Source of the DNA: Escherichia coli | GTDB taxonomy: Bacteria > Pseudomonadota > Gammaproteobacteria > Enterobacterales > Enterobacteriaceae | Strand: one strand, 5' to 3' | NCBI RefSeq assembly: GCF_009931435.1 | Contig: NZ_CP043414.1 | Length of the DNA stretch: 64,000 nt | In this document: piece by piece, positions 17,523 to 28,654 of the stretch | How positions within the stretch are numbered: the stretch's first letter is position 1 | Layout: each line of letters begins with the position of its first letter | Notes under the pieces: model-generated | The model's database searches: none | Told to the model about the DNA's origin: nothing | What the model saw: the letters and a program-made list of their open reading frames with translations, nothing else | Translations under genes and position numbers: made by a program

Positions 17523-18707
17523 TTAATTCAATCGTTCAATCACCATCGCAATTCCTTGACCGCCGCCAATGCACAACGTTGCCAGACCCAGCGTTTTATC
17601 GCGTGCCTGCATTGCATGTAATAGTGTGACCAGAATACGCGCACCGCTGGCGCCGATAGGATGCCCCAGCGCGATGGCCCCGCCGTTGACATTCACTTTC
17701 TCAGGATCAAAGCCCAGTGTTTTCCCAACGGCAAGGAACTGCGCGGCAAATGCTTCATTGGCTTCGATAAGATCAATGTCTGCCAGCTGCAGCCCCGCCA
17801 GTTGTAACGCTTTTTGCGTGGCAGGTACTGGCCCCATACCCATCAATGCGGGGGGCACTCCACCGCTGGCATAACTTTTAATGCGAGCCAAGGGGGTAAG
17901 GCCTGCTGCCAGCGCCGTAGATTCTTCCATAATCACCAGAGCGGCAGCACCGTCGTTAATACCTGACGCGTTCCCGGCGGTGACAGTACCTGCTTTATCG
18001 AAGGCCGGACGCAATGCAGCCAGAGCTTCTGTAGTAGAATCTGGTTTCGGGAATTCGTCTTGACTGAAGACGAGGGTTTTCTTCCGGGTGACAACATTTA
18101 CCGGGACGATTTCGGCTGTAAAAGCACCGGACTCAATTGCGGCAGCCGCTTTACGCTGTGAATGTAGCGCCAGTTCATCCTGCATTTCGCGGGTAATCCC
18201 GTACTCCTTAGCCACGTTTTCGGCGGTAATTCCCATATGATAACCATGGGTGGCGCACATCAGGCCATCGCGCAGGATTACGTCATAAACCTGTCCGTCT
18301 CCCAGACGATAACCAGAGCGCGCTTTTGCATCGAGTAAGTAGGGCGCTAAACTCATATTTTCCATACCCCCCGCCACAATGCTCTGCGCCTGACCTGCCT
18401 GAATTGCCTGGGCGGCAAGCGCCACGCTTTTCAGACCCGAACCACACACTTTATTGACCGTGAATCCGCACACCGTTTCGGCCAGTCCGCTTTTTAACAA
18501 TGCCTGACGCGCCGGATTTTGCCCCAGCCCGGCTTGCAACACGTTACCCATAATCACTTCATCGATATGTTGTGAATCGATTTTTGCGCGTTCAATAGCG
18601 GCCTGAATTACTGTTGCTCCCAGATCGATGGCGCTGGTGGAGGCGAGTGAACCATTAAAACTACCGATGGCAGTACGTACCGCACTGACGATGACACAAT
18701 TTTTCAT
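17523..18707 (-). CDS. atoB: Acetyl-CoA acetyltransferase (thiolase II)
   Basis: 394-aa [20 protein letters not shown]...; thiolase catalytic-Cys region NKVCGSG; last gene of atoDAEB. Confidence 0.95.
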   Translation of the reverse strand: MKNCVIVSAVRTAIGSFNGSLASTSAIDLGATVIQAAIERAKIDSQHIDEVIMGNVLQAGLGQNPARQALLKSGLAETVCGFTVNKVCGSGLKSVALAAQAIQAGQAQSIVAGGMENMSLAPYLLDAKARSGYRLGDGQVYDVILRDGLMCATHGYHMGITAENVAKEYGITREMQDELALHSQRKAAAAIESGAFTAEIVPVNVVTRKKTLVFSQDEFPKPDSTTEALAALRPAFDKAGTVTAGNASGINDGAAALVIMEESTALAAGLTPLARIKSYASGGVPPALMGMGPVPATQKALQLAGLQLADIDLIEANEAFAAQFLAVGKTLGFDPEKVNVNGGAIALGHPIGASGARILVTLLHAMQARDKTLGLATLCIGGGQGIAMVIERLN

Positions 18708-18737
18708 TTTATATTCCTTCTGTCTGTAAAGTTGCCG

Positions 18738-20060
18738 TCAGAACAGCGTTAAACCAATGACGAAAATGACGCCGGAGAAAAGCAGAGCAGTGATGCAATA
18801 GCCCATGATGTCGCGGACACCGAGTCCGGCGATTGCCAGTGCTGGCAGCGCCCAGAACGGTTGTGCCATGTTCATCCATTGCTCGCCGTAGGCGATCGCC
18901 ATTACCGATTTACCGAGATCGGCTCCCAGCGCCTGGGCTGCAGGTATCACGAAAGGTCCCTGAATAACCCAGTGACCGCCGCCAGACGGAACGGCGAAGT
19001 TAATCAGTGCAGAACTAAAGAAGGTCATTACCGGGAAGGTGTCTTTGTTCGCAACATTGATGAAGAATTCAGTAATGAACCCACCCAGACCGGAGTGCTC
19101 CATCATCAGTTGGATCCCGGCGTAGAAGGGGAATTGCACCAGAATACCGGCGGTACTGCGCGCAGCCGCGCTGATAGCACGCATATAAGCCATTGGCGTT
19201 TTATGTAGCAGCAGACCCGCAATCATAAACATCAGGTTGACGGTATTGATGGTGATGTTGAAGCCATGTTCGCTGAAGTACATCGCCAGGTAAGCGATAC
19301 CGAGTGCGCCGATGATCAACGTCAGGATGCGACTTTCCTCCAGTCGCTCGGATGGTGGGGCATCTTTCGGTAGCTGCTTCTGAAAATCAGCCTCTTCCAT
19401 GAGTAGTTTCGGATCGATACTCACCACGTCAGACGGTTTTGGCATCATCATGCGGGTAATAAATGGCATCACCACAATCAATGCCACAGTGATGAAAATG
19501 TTAAAACCACTGAACAGAGTATCGCCCACCGGGATAAGCCCGGCGATATGCTCAACCGGATTGCCCGGTGTGGCAGCCAACAGAGGCATTGAACCAGAGA
19601 AACCGCCACCCCAGGTAAGAAAACCAATGTAGGCGCAGGCAATGAGCAACGGATAATCAGAACCGGGTACTCGCCGGGCGACTTCACGGGCGAACATTGC
19701 TCCGACAACCAGACCAAATCCCCAGTTGATGACACAAGCGACTGAACCGAAGAAAGTGACCAGCATGACGCCCTGTACGGGCGTCTTTGCGGCGGAAGCG
19801 GCAGTACGCAGCAAGCTTTTCACCGGAGCAGAGCTGGCAAGGGCATGACCGGTAACGATGATAAGCGCCATCTGCATACCGAACGCCAGCAAGTTCCAGA
19901 AACCGTCCCCCCACATTTTCACCATGCTGATCGGCGTTTGTGGTGTTAACCAAAGCGCGATCACGAACGTTAGCAATGTCAGCAACATGGCAAAGATCAG
20001 TGGATCGGGAAGCCACCGGCTGACAAAACGCGTCATAAAACGCGAGATGCGACCAATCAT
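18738..20060 (-). CDS. atoE: Short-chain fatty acid transporter AtoE
   Basis: 440-aa polytopic membrane protein; position between atoA and atoB. Confidence 0.93.
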   Translation of the reverse strand: MIGRISRFMTRFVSRWLPDPLIFAMLLTLLTFVIALWLTPQTPISMVKMWGDGFWNLLAFGMQMALIIVTGHALASSAPVKSLLRTAASAAKTPVQGVMLVTFFGSVACVINWGFGLVVGAMFAREVARRVPGSDYPLLIACAYIGFLTWGGGFSGSMPLLAATPGNPVEHIAGLIPVGDTLFSGFNIFITVALIVVMPFITRMMMPKPSDVVSIDPKLLMEEADFQKQLPKDAPPSERLEESRILTLIIGALGIAYLAMYFSEHGFNITINTVNLMFMIAGLLLHKTPMAYMRAISAAARSTAGILVQFPFYAGIQLMMEHSGLGGFITEFFINVANKDTFPVMTFFSSALINFAVPSGGGHWVIQGPFVIPAAQALGADLGKSVMAIAYGEQWMNMAQPFWALPALAIAGLGVRDIMGYCITALLFSGVIFVIGLTLF

Positions 20061-20707
20061 AAATCACCCCGCTGCGTATTCAGATCGGCGGCGACTTCAA
20101 ACTGAGCTTCGGTTTTGGCACGCACGGTGGCTAAATCACACCCGTCGGCAATTTCGGTGAGCCACATTTTGCCGTCAATGAAACGAAAGACTGCCAGTTC
20201 AGTGACCAGCATATGCACCGCGTGTTGCGCAGTGAGCGGCATGGTGCAGCGGCGCAAAATTTTTGCTGAACCATCTTTGGCGCAATGTTCCATGGCGATG
20301 ATCACTTTGCGCGACCCGGTCACCAGATCCATCGCGCCACCCATACCGGGCACCATTTTTCCAGGCACTACCCAGTTCGCGAGGTTGGCTTCTTCGTCTA
20401 CCTGCAAACCACCGAGTACGCAGGCATCAATATGACCACCACGAATCAGCGCAAACGACATTGCGCTGTCGAACATCGCTGCGCCGGGTAAAATGCCGCA
20501 TGGTTGCCCGCCAGCGTTCACCAGATCTGGATGCGCTGTAGTGACTGGGCCTAAACCGAGGAAGCCATTTTCCGATTGCAGAGTGATATGAATATCCTCC
20601 GGTAAATAATTGGCGACCATTGTGGGTAAACCGATCCCTAAGTTAACGATGTCACCATCACGAAGCTCTTGCGCCACACGGCGCGCAATACGTTGTTTCG
20701 CATCCAT
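20057..20707 (-). CDS. atoA: Acetate CoA-transferase beta subunit
   Basis: 216-aa ORF; stop/start overlap with atoD and atoE. Confidence 0.95.
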   Translation of the reverse strand: MDAKQRIARRVAQELRDGDIVNLGIGLPTMVANYLPEDIHITLQSENGFLGLGPVTTAHPDLVNAGGQPCGILPGAAMFDSAMSFALIRGGHIDACVLGGLQVDEEANLANWVVPGKMVPGMGGAMDLVTGSRKVIIAMEHCAKDGSAKILRRCTMPLTAQHAVHMLVTELAVFRFIDGKMWLTEIADGCDLATVRAKTEAQFEVAADLNTQRGDL

Positions 20708-21369
20708 TATTTGCTCTCCTGTGAAACGATGATGTGGTCGATAACGGCACCAGGGGTGACAATATGGTCAGGTTGCAGTTCGCCGGTTTCGACCAGTTCA
20801 TCTGGCTCCACCAGCGTGATATCAGCCGCAAGGGCAATCAGGGGGTTAAAGTTGCGGGCGCTAAGTTGGTAGGTCAGGTTGCCAAGTGTGTCGCAACGAT
20901 GGGCGCGAATGAGCGCCAGGTCGGCGCGCAGTGGACGTTCAAGCAGCCAGGTTTTACCGTCGAGTGTCAGCGTCTGTTTGCCTTCCTCTACGACGGTGCC
21001 GACACCAGTTGGCGTGAGAAAACCACCAAGTCCAGCTCCACCACAGCGAATTTGCTCAATCAATGTACCTTGCGGTACGAGAACGACCTCCATTTCGCCA
21101 GAAATCATGCGCCGTCCGGTTTCCGGGTTGGTGCCGATATGTGAAGCAATTACTTTGCGGACTCGACCATTGACGATGAGCGGACCGATGCCGGTATCAA
21201 CAAACGCGGTATCATTGGCTATCAATGTCAGGTCGCGAACGCCAGATTCCAGTAATGCTTCCACCAGGCGGGATGGAGTGCCAATTCCCATAAATCCGCC
21301 CACCATGATGGTCATGCCGTCACGAAAGAAGCCGGAGGCGTCTTGTAATGTCATCAATTTTGTTTTCAT
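20707..21369 (-). CDS. atoD: Acetate CoA-transferase alpha subunit
   Basis: 220-aa [14 protein letters not shown]...; first gene of the operon downstream of a sigma54 promoter. Confidence 0.95.
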   Translation of the reverse strand: MKTKLMTLQDASGFFRDGMTIMVGGFMGIGTPSRLVEALLESGVRDLTLIANDTAFVDTGIGPLIVNGRVRKVIASHIGTNPETGRRMISGEMEVVLVPQGTLIEQIRCGGAGLGGFLTPTGVGTVVEEGKQTLTLDGKTWLLERPLRADLALIRAHRCDTLGNLTYQLSARNFNPLIALAADITLVEPDELVETGELQPDHIVTPGAVIDHIIVSQESK

Positions 21370-21414
21370 TATTTATCCCTCTTGCATACACCGTTGTGGG
21401 TACAGTCAGGGAAT

Positions 21415-21430
21415 AGCAAGGGGAGTGCCA
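21415..21430 (-). promoter_or_regulatory. Sigma54 (-24/-12) promoter of atoDAEB
   Basis: Minus-strand TGGCAC-tcccc-TTGCT, GG/GC spacing as in the RpoN consensus, about 45 bp upstream of the atoD ATG. Confidence 0.7.
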
Positions 21431-21512
21431 GAATGAAAATGTTTGATATTGTTTTTTAACTTATTGAATAGTAAAGAATAAATAAGGTGGGGATTAAGAG
21501 GTTGAATGAACG

Positions 21513-21553
21513 GCTATGCAGAAATTTGCGCACTGTGCAAATTTCTGCATAGC
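21513..21553. promoter_or_regulatory. AtoC enhancer site: 41-bp inverted repeat (17-bp arms) upstream of the sigma54 promoter
   Basis: gctatgcagaaatttgc-gcactgt-gcaaatttctgcatagc, perfect arms, about 100 bp upstream of the -24 element. Confidence 0.7.
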
Positions 21554-21564
21554 AAGTTTTGGCG

Positions 21565-22950
21565 TTATACATCCGCCGGATCGATACCGTATTCCTGGAG
21601 TTTATACATCAATGCACGGCGACTGATGCCCAGCATTAAAGCAGTGCGGGTTCGGTTTCCTTCTTGTTGTTCCAGCACTTCCATAATGATGCGTTTTTCG
21701 ACGCGTTTAATTTCCTCTTTTAAATTACGCTCACCGACAGGGGCTGTTTTTGCTTCACCAGCACTACAGACTGGCTGACGAATCTGCGGCGGAAGATCCT
21801 CAGAAAAAATGATCGGGCCTGAATTCATCACGACGGCGCGTTCAATAACGTTGGAAAGCTCTCGAATATTTCCCGGCCATGACCATGCGGTAAGCAGTGA
21901 CATTGCCATCGGATCGATGTCGATAATATCGCGCTGATTCTCACTACTGAATTTTTGCAAAAAGTGATTAGCTAACAGGGAAATATCTTCCCGGCGATCG
22001 CGCAGAGGCGGCAGTATTAAATGAATAACGTTAAGGCGATAAAAGAGATCTTCACGGAAGGTGCCTTCTTTCACCATTGCCTGCAAGTCGCGGTTGGTGG
22101 CAGCAATGATGCGGATATCAACTTTTATGGTCTGATGACCGCCAATCCGTTCAAATTCCCGTTCCTGCAGAATGCGTAGTAATTTGGCTTGCAGTACCAG
22201 CGGCATTTCACCAATTTCGTCAAGGAGCAGAGTACCTTCGTTGGCACGTTCAAATAATCCCTGACGCAGGGTTTGTGCACCAGTAAATGCGCCTTTTTCA
22301 TGACCAAACAGTTCACTTTCGAGCAACGATTCCGGCAGCGCCGCGCAGTTGACTTTAATAAACGGCCCCTTGGCCCGCCGCGAATTGTAGTGAATCGCTC
22401 TGGCAATCAACTCTTTCCCGGTGCCGCTTTCACCGCTAATCAAGACGCTGGCCTGAGAAAGGGCAATTTTGGCGGTGTCTTTGCAGATGTCCATCATTGC
22501 CGGGCTGTTAGTGAGAATGTGCCCCCATTGCCAACTGGTGCTTAGTGCCTGGTGCAGATGACGGATCTCTTTTTTCATTGACTGGAGTTGTAAAGCGCGC
22601 TGAACGATTAAATTCAACTCATCGAGATCAAACGGTTTGATGACATAGTCAAAGGCTCCGCAGCGTAGTGCTTCGACGGCGGTTTCCACTTCAGCATAGG
22701 CCGTCATCAGAATAACGGGTGTCCGTGTCTCATGGCTGCGCATCTCCTTGAGTGCCTTGATGCCGTCCATCTCTGGCATGCGGATATCCATCAACACCAC
22801 GTCAGGGTGAATATCGGCAAACAGGTGTAATGCTGTGCGCCCGTTGTTCGCACAATGTGTTTCGAATCCTTGTAGTGCAAAAGCGGTGCTCAGCATACGG
22901 CGAACATTATCTTCATCATCCACAATAAGGATGCGATTAATAGCAGTCAT
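21565..22950 (-). CDS. atoC: Sigma54-dependent response regulator AtoC
   Basis: 461-aa ORF; receiver domain (IVDDEDNVR..D..MPEMDG), AAA+ Walker A GESGTGKE, GAFTGA motif, C-terminal HTH. Confidence 0.95.
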   Translation of the reverse strand: MTAINRILIVDDEDNVRRMLSTAFALQGFETHCANNGRTALHLFADIHPDVVLMDIRMPEMDGIKALKEMRSHETRTPVILMTAYAEVETAVEALRCGAFDYVIKPFDLDELNLIVQRALQLQSMKKEIRHLHQALSTSWQWGHILTNSPAMMDICKDTAKIALSQASVLISGESGTGKELIARAIHYNSRRAKGPFIKVNCAALPESLLESELFGHEKGAFTGAQTLRQGLFERANEGTLLLDEIGEMPLVLQAKLLRILQEREFERIGGHQTIKVDIRIIAATNRDLQAMVKEGTFREDLFYRLNVIHLILPPLRDRREDISLLANHFLQKFSSENQRDIIDIDPMAMSLLTAWSWPGNIRELSNVIERAVVMNSGPIIFSEDLPPQIRQPVCSAGEAKTAPVGERNLKEEIKRVEKRIIMEVLEQQEGNRTRTALMLGISRRALMYKLQEYGIDPADV

Positions 22951-24773
22951 ACAGTCTGATTTCCCTGCGGGTTGATCGGTAAAATAAGCGTGAAGGTTGC
23001 GCCGTAGCCCGGCAAACTGGCGACGCGAATATCACCCTGATGGGCATTAATGATGCGTTGACTTAACGCCAGACCAAGCCCGGTTCCTGAGGCTTTGGTA
23101 GTGAAAAAGGGATCGAAGATCTTTTTTTGCAGCGAGAGATCAATGCCACTGCCGTTGTCCTCTATCGAAATGGCCTGTTGTGAGTCGCTATACTGCCAGG
23201 TTCGAATGCGAATTTTCCCTCGTGCACTGATAGCCTGGACGGCATTGATCAGGATATTCAGTAGTACCTGTTTGAGCAGTTCACGATCGGCGTTAATCGG
23301 GCTTAATTCATTATCCAGTTCGCTTATGAAGTCGACTCGCGCTTGTACGCCGGCGGTTTGTACCAGTACCAGAGTTTCTTCAACCAATGCATTGAGGCTG
23401 ACTTGTTGCCATTGACTGTGGCGTGGGCGTGAAAATTCGAGCAATTGCTGAATAACTTTGTTAATTGAATCGATTTCTTTGAGTACTACGGACAGATATT
23501 CCTGATGTATTGGGTCACTGGTTTGTTGGCGCAAGATCTGTACATAACCACGAATAGCCGTTAACGGATTACGTACTTCATGCGCCACGCCAGCCATCAG
23601 CTCACCCAGTGTGGCGAGGCGTTCAGCTTGCGCCATGCGGCGCTGGGTTTCTTTGCGGGCAGTTAAATCAGAGAAAATCACCAAAGCACCTATCATTTCA
23701 CCATGCGTATTATGAATACGACTGGTAGTGACACTGAGTTCAATGGTGCGCTCACGGCCTGGAAAACTGATCTCCAGCGCCACATGTTCGGTACCATGTT
23801 CCAGCGTATCCAGTACTGGACTGTAGAACGGAGTATTGTCGAACAACATGGAGTAAGGCTGCCCTACCAGTTCATGACGTTGATAGCCAGTGATGACTTC
23901 TGCTGCCGGGTTCATGGTGGTTACATCACCCTGGCGGTCAATGGCAATGACGCCATCGGCAGCGTTTTCAATAATCAGATCGTTAAGTGTTCGCGTTTCA
24001 CGCAGTGCCTGGGCGAGGTTGTTGACACTCTGACTAATTTGCCCCATTTCACCGGGCAATTGTGGTAATCGAGTGGGAATATTTTGCGCCAGAGTCGCGA
24101 GACCATCGGTGATGATATCTATATTGGCGCTCAGGCGACGGGAGAAAAGGACAATCAACAGCAGGCTTATCAGCAAACCGGCGGTGAGCACAATGATAAT
24201 CCTCACATCCATTTTCCAGGCCTGGCGGCGAATATCTTCGGTTAATTCATTGGCCCAGATATAACCGAGGATTTCACCATTACGCTCAATGGGGATCATT
24301 GAATTCAAAATATCGCCGCGCACCTGCCTGCCTGAATAAATCAAAGGAGTATTTGTACGCATGACTTCGCGACCAGGGTGATCTGCGGCAATAGTAACGC
24401 CCACATTATTCTGATACAGCGCTGAAGGCGCGTAAGTGATTATCGCATCCAGTGTTTTGTTGTAATAACCAGCACCTATGCCAGGAAAGGCGTGAGTGAT
24501 ATTTTCAGTAATGGGAGCAAGTTCTGCATTCAGTGCGTGGATTCGCTCCTCACGTGGTAAGTCGTTGTAGAGATCGTAGCGATCGCCTAGCGCCTGATTA
24601 AGCAGGTTGACCACGGCAGAAAGTTTTTTCTCTTTTTCAGATAAGACTGCTGAACGTCCTTCCGTTTCTACGATATAACCAATAGTAAGCGTTGGGACAA
24701 TGACCATCAGGATTGCCATCAGGATCATTTGATTGCGTAAGCGGCGTGGATAAATCCACTTCATATAATGCAT
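22947..24773 (-). CDS. atoS: Sensor histidine kinase AtoS
   Basis: Start MHYMKWIYPRR (608 aa) inside the 612-aa ORF; H-box HEVRNPL; stop overlaps the atoC start. Confidence 0.93.
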   Translation of the reverse strand: MHYMKWIYPRRLRNQMILMAILMVIVPTLTIGYIVETEGRSAVLSEKEKKLSAVVNLLNQALGDRYDLYNDLPREERIHALNAELAPITENITHAFPGIGAGYYNKTLDAIITYAPSALYQNNVGVTIAADHPGREVMRTNTPLIYSGRQVRGDILNSMIPIERNGEILGYIWANELTEDIRRQAWKMDVRIIIVLTAGLLISLLLIVLFSRRLSANIDIITDGLATLAQNIPTRLPQLPGEMGQISQSVNNLAQALRETRTLNDLIIENAADGVIAIDRQGDVTTMNPAAEVITGYQRHELVGQPYSMLFDNTPFYSPVLDTLEHGTEHVALEISFPGRERTIELSVTTSRIHNTHGEMIGALVIFSDLTARKETQRRMAQAERLATLGELMAGVAHEVRNPLTAIRGYVQILRQQTSDPIHQEYLSVVLKEIDSINKVIQQLLEFSRPRHSQWQQVSLNALVEETLVLVQTAGVQARVDFISELDNELSPINADRELLKQVLLNILINAVQAISARGKIRIRTWQYSDSQQAISIEDNGSGIDLSLQKKIFDPFFTTKASGTGLGLALSQRIINAHQGDIRVASLPGYGATFTLILPINPQGNQTV

Positions 24774-24939
24774 GCTGAATCCCACTAGTCTTGTCCGGTA
24801 TATGACGATTATCAGAGGTTAAGGTGATGATTTCTCGGCGGTGTATCATATTCCAGAGAAGAGAGAACATTGCGGTAACACGCTTTTACCGCTACCTTAA
24901 CCACACTCCATCGGTCACCTGAGGCGGAGCTTCGCCCCT

Positions 24940-27777
24940 TTGAAATACCTTGCTTCTTTTCGTACAACCCTGAAAGCCTCGCGCTACATGTTCAGAGCAT
25001 TGGCGTTAGTGCTCTGGCTGTTGATTGCTTTTTCATCCGTTTTTTACATCGTTAATGCGTTGCATCAGCGAGAATCGGAAATTCGTCAGGAATTTAATCT
25101 GAGTTCCGATCAGGCTCAGCGCTTTATTCAACGCACCTCTGATGTGATGAAAGAGCTGAAGTACATAGCTGAAAATCGCTTATCGGCAGAAAACGGTGTG
25201 CTTTCGCCGCGTGGACGAGAAACGCAGGCAGATGTGCCAGTGTTTGAACCACTGTTTGCCGACTCCGATTGTTCCGCAATGAGTAACACCTGGCGAGGTT
25301 CTCTGGAGTCATTGGCGTGGTTTATGCGCTACTGGCGCGATAATTTCTCTGCGGCTTACGATCTCAACCGGGTATTTTTAATCGGCAGCGATAACCTTTG
25401 CATGGCCAATTTCGGTCTGCGTGATATGCCAGTGGAACGCGATACCGCGTTGAAAGCTTTGCATGAACGCATCAATAAATATCGAAATGCACCACAAGAT
25501 GATAGCGGCAGTAACCTCTACTGGATCAGCGAAGGTCCGCGCCCTGGCGTCGGGTATTTTTACGCCTTGACGCCAGTTTATCTGGCGAACCGGTTGCAGG
25601 CGCTTTTAGGTGTTGAGCAGACCATCAGGATGGAGAACTTCTTCTTACCTGGTACGTTGCCGATGGGGGTAACCATTCTTGATGAAAATGGTCATACCCT
25701 GATTTCGCTTACCGGACCGGAAAGCAAGATTAAGAGCGATCCTCGCTGGATGCAGGAACGTTCCTGGTTTGGCTATACGGAAGGGTTCCGGGAACTGGTG
25801 CTGAAGAAAAACCTGCCACCTTCATCGTTAAGCATCGTCTATTCGGTGCCGGTTGATAAGGTGCTGGAGCGCATTCGCATGTTGATCCTTAACGCGATTT
25901 TACTGAATGTGCTTGCCGGAGCCGCGTTGTTTACTCTCGCACGGATGTACGAGCGGCGTATATTCATTCCTGCGGAAAGCGACGCCCTGCGACTGGAAGA
26001 GCACGAGCAGTTTAATCGCAAGATTGTCGCTTCCGCGCCAGTGGGTATCTGCATTTTGCGTACCGCTGATGGCGTTAATATTTTAAGTAACGAACTTGCG
26101 CATACCTATCTCAATATGCTTACGCATGAGGATCGCCAACGACTGACGCAAATTATTTGTGGTCAGCAGGTCAATTTTGTTGATGTCCTGACCAGCAACA
26201 ATACCAATCTGCAAATCAGCTTCGTCCATTCGCGCTATCGTAATGAAAACGTGGCTATTTGTGTGCTGGTGGATGTTTCTTCGCGCGTGAAGATGGAAGA
26301 GTCGTTGCAGGAGATGGCACAAGCAGCGGAACAGGCGAGTCAGTCAAAATCGATGTTCCTTGCCACCGTAAGTCATGAGCTGCGAACGCCGTTGTATGGC
26401 ATTATCGGTAACCTGGATCTGTTGCAAACCAAAGAGCTGCCAAAAGGCGTCGATCGTCTGGTGACGGCAATGAACAACTCTTCCAGCCTGTTGTTGAAAA
26501 TTATCAGCGATATTCTCGATTTCTCGAAAATTGAATCAGAACAGTTGAAGATCGAACCGCGTGAGTTTTCACCGCGTGAAGTGATGAACCACATCACCGC
26601 CAACTATTTACCGCTGGTGGTACGCAAGCAGCTAGGCTTGTACTGCTTTATTGAACCGGATGTGCCAGTGGCCTTAAATGGCGACCCAATGCGTTTACAG
26701 CAGGTCATCTCCAACCTGTTGAGTAACGCCATAAAATTCACCGATACCGGCTGTATAGTTCTGCATGTTCGCGCTGATGGCGATTATCTCTCTATCCGTG
26801 TTCGCGATACCGGCGTGGGGATTCCGGCGAAAGAAGTGGTGCGCTTGTTTGATCCCTTCTTCCAGGTCGGAACGGGCGTACAGCGTAACTTCCAGGGGAC
26901 TGGTCTGGGTCTGGCGATTTGTGAAAAACTGATCAGCATGATGGACGGCGACATCTCGGTAGATTCAGAACCGGGAATGGGCAGCCAGTTTACCGTGCGT
27001 ATTCCGTTGTACGGCGCTCAGTACCCGCAGAAAAAAGGCGTGGAAGGGTTGAGTGGTAAACGCTGCTGGCTGGCGGTCCGCAATGCGTCGCTCTGTCAGT
27101 TCCTGGAAACCAGTTTGCAGCGCAGCGGCATCGTCGTTACAACATACGAAGGGCAGGAACCGACTCCCGAAGATGTGTTAATCACTGACGAGGTAGTGAG
27201 CAAAAAATGGCAGGGTAGAGCGGTAGTGACCTTCTGTCGTCGCCATATTGGTATTCCGCTGGAGAAAGCGCCAGGGGAGTGGGTACACAGTGTGGCTGCA
27301 CCGCATGAGCTACCGGCATTGTTGGCGCGTATTTATTTGATCGAGATGGAGAGCGATGATCCTGCTAACGCTCTGCCGTCGACGGACAAAGCGGTCAGCG
27401 ATAACGACGATATGATGATTCTGGTCGTGGATGATCATCCGATTAACCGGCGTCTGCTTGCAGATCAGTTGGGATCGTTGGGTTATCAATGTAAAACTGC
27501 GAATGATGGCGTCGATGCGCTTAATGTACTTAGCAAGAATCATATCGATATCGTGCTTAGCGACGTCAACATGCCAAATATGGATGGTTACCGCTTGACG
27601 CAACGCATTCGTCAGTTGGGGCTGACGTTGCCGGTAATCGGAGTAACTGCTAATGCGCTGGCTGAAGAGAAGCAGCGGTGTCTGGAGTCCGGTATGGACA
27701 GTTGCCTGTCGAAGCCGGTAACGCTGGATGTTATAAAACAGACACTGACGGTATATGCCGAGAGGGTCCGGAAATCG

Positions 27778-27789
<12 letters not shown>
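24940..27789 (+). CDS. rcsC: Hybrid sensor kinase RcsC
   Basis: 949-aa ORF MKYLASFRTTLK...; H-box HELRTPL, C-terminal receiver domain; the ORF begins with a TTG codon. Confidence 0.93.
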
Positions 27790-27981
<192 letters not shown>

Positions 27982-27987
27982 AGATGA

Positions 27988-28638
27988 TTAGTCTTTATCT
28001 GCCGGACTTAAGGTCACAGAAGAGAGATAATTCAGCAGAGCAATATCGTTCTCGACACCCAGCTTCATCATCGCAGATTTCTTCTGGCTACTGATGGTTT
28101 TGATACTGCGGTTCAGCTTTTTAGCGATCTCGGTCACCAGGAAACCTTCCGCAAACAGGCGCAGAACTTCACTCTCTTTTGGCGAGAGACGCTTGTCACC
28201 GTAACCACCAGCACTGATTTTTTCCAACAGGCGAGAAACGCTTTCCGGGGTAAATTTCTTCCCTTTCTGCAGCGCGGCGAGAGCTTTCGGCAGATCGGTC
28301 GGTGCACCTTGTTTCAGCACGATCCCTTCGATATCCAGATCCAATACCGCACTAAGAATCGCCGGGTTGTTGTTCATGGTCAGAACGATGATCGACAGGC
28401 TTGGGAAATGGCGCTTGATGTACTTGATTAAGGTAATTCCATCGCCGTACTTATCGCCAGGCATGGAGAGATCGGTAATCAACACATGCGCATCCAGTTT
28501 CGGCAGGTTGTTGATCAGTGCTGTAGAGTCTTCAAATTCGCCGACAACATTCACCCACTCAATTTGCTCAAGTGATTTGCGAATACCGAACAAGACTATC
28601 GGATGGTCATCGGCAATAATTACGTTCATATTGTTCAT
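27988..28638 (-). CDS. rcsB: Response regulator RcsB (LuxR/FixJ family)
   Basis: Start MNNMNVIIADDHP (216 aa) inside the 231-aa ORF; receiver plus HTH. Confidence 0.96.
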   Translation of the reverse strand: MNNMNVIIADDHPIVLFGIRKSLEQIEWVNVVGEFEDSTALINNLPKLDAHVLITDLSMPGDKYGDGITLIKYIKRHFPSLSIIVLTMNNNPAILSAVLDLDIEGIVLKQGAPTDLPKALAALQKGKKFTPESVSRLLEKISAGGYGDKRLSPKESEVLRLFAEGFLVTEIAKKLNRSIKTISSQKKSAMMKLGVENDIALLNYLSSVTLSPADKD

Positions 28639-28654
28639 GTAATAGGCTACCTTG

